Shown here: piece by piece, positions 58,003-64,000 of the stretch
Numbering within the stretch: the stretch's first letter is position 1
How the letters are laid out: every line of letters starts with the position of its first letter
Origin: Massalongia carnosa
Taxonomy: Eukaryota
NCBI GenBank assembly: GCA_965645245.1
Contig: OZ287072.1
Location: forward strand, 2,356,001-2,420,000
DNA: 64,000 nt
Reading direction: 5' to 3'
Made by a program: the position numbers and the translations under genes
Notes under the pieces: generated by a model
Told to the model about the DNA's origin: nothing
What the model saw: only the letters and a program-made list of their open reading frames with translations
Databases searched by the model: none

Positions 58003-58173
58003 TGTAACGGTTCAACCAAGCGTGGTGCGGACGGCAGGACCTACAGCGAACATAGCAGGAGTCCCAGTTATAGTAGAATAGAGCTTGGTCTGCGGACTAA
58101 GTATTGTGCCTTTTGGTCGGGAAGGACAGGTGGCGCAATGGTAGAAATCTATTCACTATCTCGCTTCGTCACA
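58003..58173. mobile_element. Solo LTR (same family as 7618-7761, opposite orientation)
   Basis: Reverse-complement match with a 27-bp extra segment; flanks AAAAC and TCCTT do not match. Confidence 0.88.
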
Positions 58174-59516
58174 TCCTTGACATTTACTGACACGACGACA
58201 CTTTCCTGTGTTGAGGATAGCCGAGATGTCTGCTTATAGAAAATGGCACTAACCCTAATGCGCACTAGCTATTGGAAGTATTTGGATTGGCCACCTTGGG
58301 ATTTATCATCAACATCCCGCGTCTGATATTCTAGGAGACATTCGAACATTCTACAGTGGATTGATAATGAGGCAAATATGTCAGCTTTGGAACTCCGACA
58401 AAGACGAGCTTACATATCAGCATTTGACTGACCGATCACATAGAAAGTGGGAGAATCGTGCTCAAGGCAGGCAGCGGTATATAATGGGCTATATGCCCCC
58501 ATAGATAGCCTCAGTCATTTTCAATCAATCATTAGTAGCCTGCCATTGGATCAGCTTGATCATCGCACGTGCTTTTTGCTGTTGTTTCCTACTTCCACCC
58601 CTATGATCCGTAGCCTCCGCAACATCCTGAGCCGCCTTTTGCTCCAGGAAAGTGATGAGTCGTCGTCATGATTGATAATTACGAAAGAGGTTTTTTAAGA
58701 TCTGATCGTTTATAGATGCTCAGTCTAAAGAGCTAAGACGATAAAGAAATGATATTTCGGAAGGACAATATTATTCAAAATAAAAAATCATGACACACTT
58801 TTATAATATTTTCCTTCTAGAGGACTTACATACAAAGAACTCAAATAAATTTTCAATTGACGAGATGGATTTATGTCAAGTTCTTTGTCAAAATGATTTG
58901 TTTTTGTGATACTCCTGTTGACTTCAGAGTCGAAGGAAAAATTCTCTCATTTCATGTCATCAACAATGAAGAATGACTACGAAGACAATAAAGAACATCT
59001 TTGTTTTCAATCGTTTGAACACTTTGAAATGTGATAAGATGATTGCGTTAATGATTTAAGATCAATTGATATTTTCCGTGATACGATAAGAGTTATTTCC
59101 GTTCGTTGCAAGCTTGTTTGCGTCTTTGATTTCTTTCTCTCATCAACTATGACATTTCTTTATTTTTATTTCTTTACTTTTATTTATTTATTCATTAAGC
59201 GTACGCATCCTTAGGATATGACGCTGTGACTGCTATTTATGTACATAAAAAACAGTCAGGAAGTGGAAACCTGGCCCCCAGGGTAAAACCACTCCCTTTT
59301 ATTCCATATTGAACGCAACGCGATCGTTCTTCTACCACGCGGTGTATACACCCAGATCTTCAAGCGCTAGGAATCCTATAGACCCGATGAACTAGACAGT
59401 GTATCTCCACACGTTCGACGAACATTCTCTCTCTTTAACCGTTTTGACTCAATAGATGATAGACTGGCCATGATCGAGGGCAGATCGTGGTGTCGTATAA
59501 ATGAAGATGTGAAAAT

Positions 59517-59732
59517 GTGGCCATTCCGAATGAATGGGCTTTTTCGATGAGGTGAGAGGCTTCCGCCTGGGGGGTGTGGCCATTCCGACTGAATGGACTT
59601 TTTCGATGAGGTGAAAAGCTTCCGCCTGGGGGGTGTGGCCATTTCGACTAAATGGGCTTTTTCGATGAGGCTTTTTCGATGAGGTGAAAGGCTTCCGCCT
59701 GAGGGGTGTGGCCATTCCGAATGAATGGGCTT
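59517..59732. repeat. Degenerate ~59-bp tandem repeat (3-4 copies)
   Basis: Unit GTGGCCATTCCGAATGAATGGGCTTTTTCGATGAGGTGARAGGCTTCCGCCTGGGGGGT. Confidence 0.85.
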
Positions 59733-60027
59733 TGTATGCCTTCGAAGTGGTGAATGATCAGTAGAGACGTTGATCATTCAAACGGCCACCGAGGTGGGCT
59801 TCAGCGTTGGCGACGATCAGATATTGGCCACCTCCGAGGAGGTGTTGATAGCCTGCACCACGTAGAGGTTTCTGACCTAGCAGGCCATGACATTTCTTTA
59901 TCCTCTGAAACAAACAATAAAGATCATCAAATAAGCTTCAGCTTTCGATTCTTGATATTTCTTGATATTTCTTTAATTACTTAGGAATCCATCACAGATC
60001 TTTCCATAATCACGTTATACACCTTAC

Positions 60028-61555
60028 ATGTTACGCAACATGACTCTAAAAGGCTCAATCAACAGCCTCACATTAATCGAAGGTGCAACGCTCGCCAAGA
60101 CTAGTCAATTTGTTGATCAAGCAGATTGCGAAGATGGCGGTAGTCAAGCCTCCTCGGACGTAAAGTCGGATTGTGGCTCTGAGACGTCGACGATCATATA
60201 TGAAGAACAGGAACCCTGGCGCCAGCTTCCAGGATCGCGTCCTCGTCTTATGCCAGCAACTTTGGCCCACTTCTACTATTCGCAAGAACAGCCTATTAAG
60301 CGGTAAGGCAGCGAGATTTCTCCGCGCGAATCGCTTTTTGCACTCTCTTGTGCCTGCACCCGATGTGCCTGTCATCAACCGGGTCAAGGGAGGTGATTAT
60401 AACCGCATCACTCCATTAACAGCGCCGGTGTCGTCCGGTCTTGGGAATCGTGAGCTGATGTTGCGCACGCCTCGACCCCACGATGATACCCGACAAGATC
60501 GTTCTATTGCGATCCTTGACTATGTGCGTCAACATACATTGCTGCTAGTTCCACCCATATTTGCGAAAGACTTCACCACCCAAAATCCGCTGGAGCAGCC
60601 GTACGTGATCCAACATCATATCCCGGGCTTCAATCTGAAGGTCATTTAGAATGACCTCAATCATCAGCAACGATGCACATTCGCCCAAGAATTCGGCCAC
60701 ATACAGAGAACCATGCTGACGCTCGAATCTTCGGTATCTGGTTTTCTCGAAACAACGCCGGCCGGTAAACCTTTCAAGATACTCGTACTCCCATTGGAAC
60801 TCAAAGAACGGCGCAATGGACAGTTACTGGAGAGATCTATAGTCACTTCGTCTGCAAGCACCAGTCCTCAAGACCCTCATGAATCTATCCTCACATTTTG
60901 CGAAAGCCTTCTAGGCTGTTGGCGAGAAGATGCCCTAGACTTCAACTCAGGTAAACCAGATCATATAATTGAACTGTTCGACTCGATGCTCAAAGTCATA
61001 CGCCAAATCGATGCTGCTGGTGTGTTTACACCCGACATGCACCAACGCAACATTATGGCTCAAGTATCAAACAGCGGCTCCCTGTCCATCACAGGCATCC
61101 TGGAGTGGGATGAAGCCGTCTTCGCCCCCAGCGTCGTGGCTTGCGAACCGCCGTGGTGGCTCTGGGATGACAACAGAAACGACCATCACGTGGACTCTAA
61201 TCACTTGGGCACTTGGCCATATGAGTGTTCGGGCGCGAACGATATGCCAAAGACGTCGGAGCAACAGGAACTCAGGCACATCTTCGAAGACGAAGCGGGA
61301 TCGAAATGAGTGAAGATGACATACGATGCGCAGCATCGATTTGCGAGATGCTTGTTCCGCATTGCGAGGGAGGGTCTTTCTGCTAGTGAGCACTTCAAAA
61401 GTGCTGAGCGATGTTGTTTGGAGTGGGAGACATTAAGAAAATATTGTAAAGATGTCTCTAGGCTTCTAACACGATTAATCGCTGTTTTCATAGGTATGTT
61501 CGTCGCAAACGTTGAAGCATGTCATTATTACACTTGTCGCAAACGATCTTGTTAA
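60028..61555 (+). pseudogene. APH/choline-kinase-like phosphotransferase pseudogene
   Basis: KGGDYNRI, LRTPR, PYVIQHHIPG, PDMHQRNIM and ITGILEWDEAVFAP motifs; frameshift and in-frame stops at ~60647 and ~61307. Confidence 0.8.
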
Positions 61556-62219
61556 CACTGTTCTTGCAATCGGTCTTGACGTTTCCCTCCAAGAAGCGCT
61601 GCGTTTGATAACATAAAAAGGTTGATCGAACAGCACGTACTCGTGTTCAACTTCTTTTGCATCCCAACCCCCTTTTGCGCCAGCGCCAATAAGTAAACAT
61701 CTCATCAAAATTTTGAAAACTCTTCTCACCAGCTTCGTTTGTTATCAAAACTGTTAATAATTACAAGCAAATTACAGAAAAATGAAATTGTGGTTTTAAA
61801 TATGAAGTTTAAATCTTTTTTTTCAATTTTTTTTAAATAGTCTTTCACATAAATAAATGAGGTTTCGAGATTTCGAAAATTGACTTTGTTTAAGCCTTTT
61901 AACATTGCTCTGTTTTTTTGGGGGGGGGGAAGAAGTCTGTTCAAGTATCGTAAATCTTCATTTTTTGAACTTTAACGCCGTGTTCTTGATGATCAGGAGT
62001 TGAAGAACTCGTTTTAACATTCTTTATGTTCTTCGCTTTTTTCACACCCTTATCGTCGTCCTCTTCTTCCTCGTAATTCTCATACTACTTATTCTACTTG
62101 TCATCGTCCTCGTCCTCGTCCTCATGATCTTCATCTACTCATCCTCCTCGACCTCCTCGACCTCATTCTCCCTCGTACTGGATTCACTGCGCCGTCGCAG
62201 CCTGTTCTCATCAATTTCC

Positions 62220-64000
62220 CAGCCTATCAAAGGATCCAAGTCCCTTGGCTGGAGGCACTTAGGTAACGGCTGCACAAATGGCTACCTCTCGATGCCCACT
62301 CTCAGCTTACCGTCCATACCGGTGAATTTGCCGAATCCAAAAAGCCATGAGGCATCCCATATTCCGCCTGCAGCTGCGAGACTGCTGCCTTCGAATGTGC
62401 ATATTAGGCTGGCTATAGTCGTCGGCATGTACGGCAGAATTTGCTGCGGCCGGTACCAGTAGTACGCAATGGCAACGAGCACGTCGAGGATTAGAACGAT
62501 GCTACATACGTAGAACATGACATCGGACATGAAAACGCGCGTTTCTGAGGTTCTTATAGTGGCGGAGATGGTTACGCCCTCGGAGGCTGGAAAGGGGAAA
62601 AAAAGCTCGCTATTCAATGAAATGATCGCAGCTGATAGCTGGCTATACAACGCAGACACTGCCGGTATAACTGTAGAAGCGGATGGTGCAGGTAATGAAG
62701 TATTGACTGTATCCCTGGATCTCAAGATCACGGATACGAGATACGGGAACAATCGAGATGCAAATGAATCGTTGTGCAAAGGAGCATATTCCATCAAATC
62801 ATCTTGATTAGCTCTGAAGTTCTGTGATATTAGCCAATTGAGATTAAGATAAAAACCGGAGACGTTTTGCGGTATAGCTAAGTACTCGGATAAGTTATTT
62901 GATGGTTGATTTTGGCGGACTGACGATATGACATGGCCTGACTGTGACAGCTGCACGGAATAATTCGAAATCTCGAGAGTAGGCTGACAAACAAGGCATA
63001 AACTCGATGTTGTAGTGAAGATAGCTGAAACATTAGAGGAAGATTTTCCAAGCCCACGCTGATACACGACAGACAAGGTTGAGTAACATGTAGCAGCGTC
63101 ATCAGCAGATGCATCTGCATTATACGCAAAAATTGGGGTAAGATCCTCATATCCTTCAAGCCCGAATAGATCAATTTGTGATTATTCGTAATCATAATGA
63201 TTAAGGTAGCATTCAACGTTTCGTCCGTCTGGTTTGATGACGGTTATATTGAATGAGAAAGTTCGGCTCCGGTGAATATCTTTATTGACAGCAACTTCAT
63301 TACAAGAGAGACCAACATGGAACCCATAAGTGTTTAGAGTGACTTCGGCCGGATAAATGATATCCAAGACCGCTGGTAGGAAGTACGTCTCTTTGGAAGT
63401 CCATGGAGGGAGACTCGTATTCGCCGATAGGTTACTTGCAGTTACATAGAAGAAATCTTGGAAGCTACTATCCCTCGACGCTATTACCAGTGCGGTTGAG
63501 TTGAAGACTGGCTTGCTTTTGGCTTTAAGAGTCATATCAGTCTCGGAAAATGCAGCGTCTGGGTTCAGAAGTGCTCCCAGACCAACTGTCAATACATTAG
63601 CTAAGAGTGAAATTGAACAGACTGCTGCCAATAAATGATCCTTTGCCCGTAAAGCGCGCCAGAGAGCTAGTGATGGAGGTAGCGCTGAGTAACGTAAATC
63701 CAGGGAATGCTTGGCTTTGGCTCGACAACTTTTCAATTCTTCAAATGGCTGAAGAAGACATAACATCCGATTCAAAAGCATCCAATACGGTTCCAGAAAA
63801 GTCGAGAATATCACCGGAACATAGCTAAGGAAAACCTATACAGCAACCTCGTTCTTATAAGGTAATGGAAGGCCATTTTGATACTTGATTAGGATTTTCA
63901 GCGTCATTAATGCAACTATCATTCCCAAAAGAAGTATCACAAAAATGAAGCCAGTGATTGGTCCAAGATAAAATGGGCGGGAGAAAACCTCATTGAAAAC
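62220..64000 (-). pseudogene. DUF3433-like multi-pass membrane protein with in-frame stops (5' part outside window)
   Basis: EPYW.LLNR.LCLLQPFEEL, LRYSALPP, LPPWT, LPYMPTTIAS and FGFGKF.G.DG..RVGIER motifs; stops at 63836, 63182 and 62282, all in one frame. Confidence 0.75.

Overview
Eukaryotic DNA from a filamentous ascomycete, judging by GT..CTAAC..AG introns and the fungal TE families present. The window is a TE-dense accessory region with deep nesting. Mobile elements whose ends and target-site duplications (TSDs) I could resolve by eye: a full-length Ty1/copia element; an intact chromodomain Ty3/gypsy element inside a pogo/Fot1 transposon; a pogo/Tigger element; a full-length Tad1-like LINE inside the TIR of another pogo; a three-layer Tc1 > pogo > Mutator nest; a deleted PIF/Harbinger; a non-autonomous TG..CT LTR element; a hAT-type MITE; and several solo LTRs. 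Host-type genes lie between them: a Cys/Ser-Thr-rich membrane protein, an atypical Zn-cluster protein, a secreted Cys-rich protein and a caspase-like+ankyrin protein. There are also decayed SRPK-like kinase, CE4 deacetylase, CorA-like, APH-like and DUF3433-like genes. The least explained part is 30.9-33.3 kb: an intact Zn-cluster gene followed by a 23-bp tandem array and four copies of a 34-bp motif containing a covarying tRNA T-arm/B-box, separated by unique spacers. All coordinates were read manually and no searches were run.
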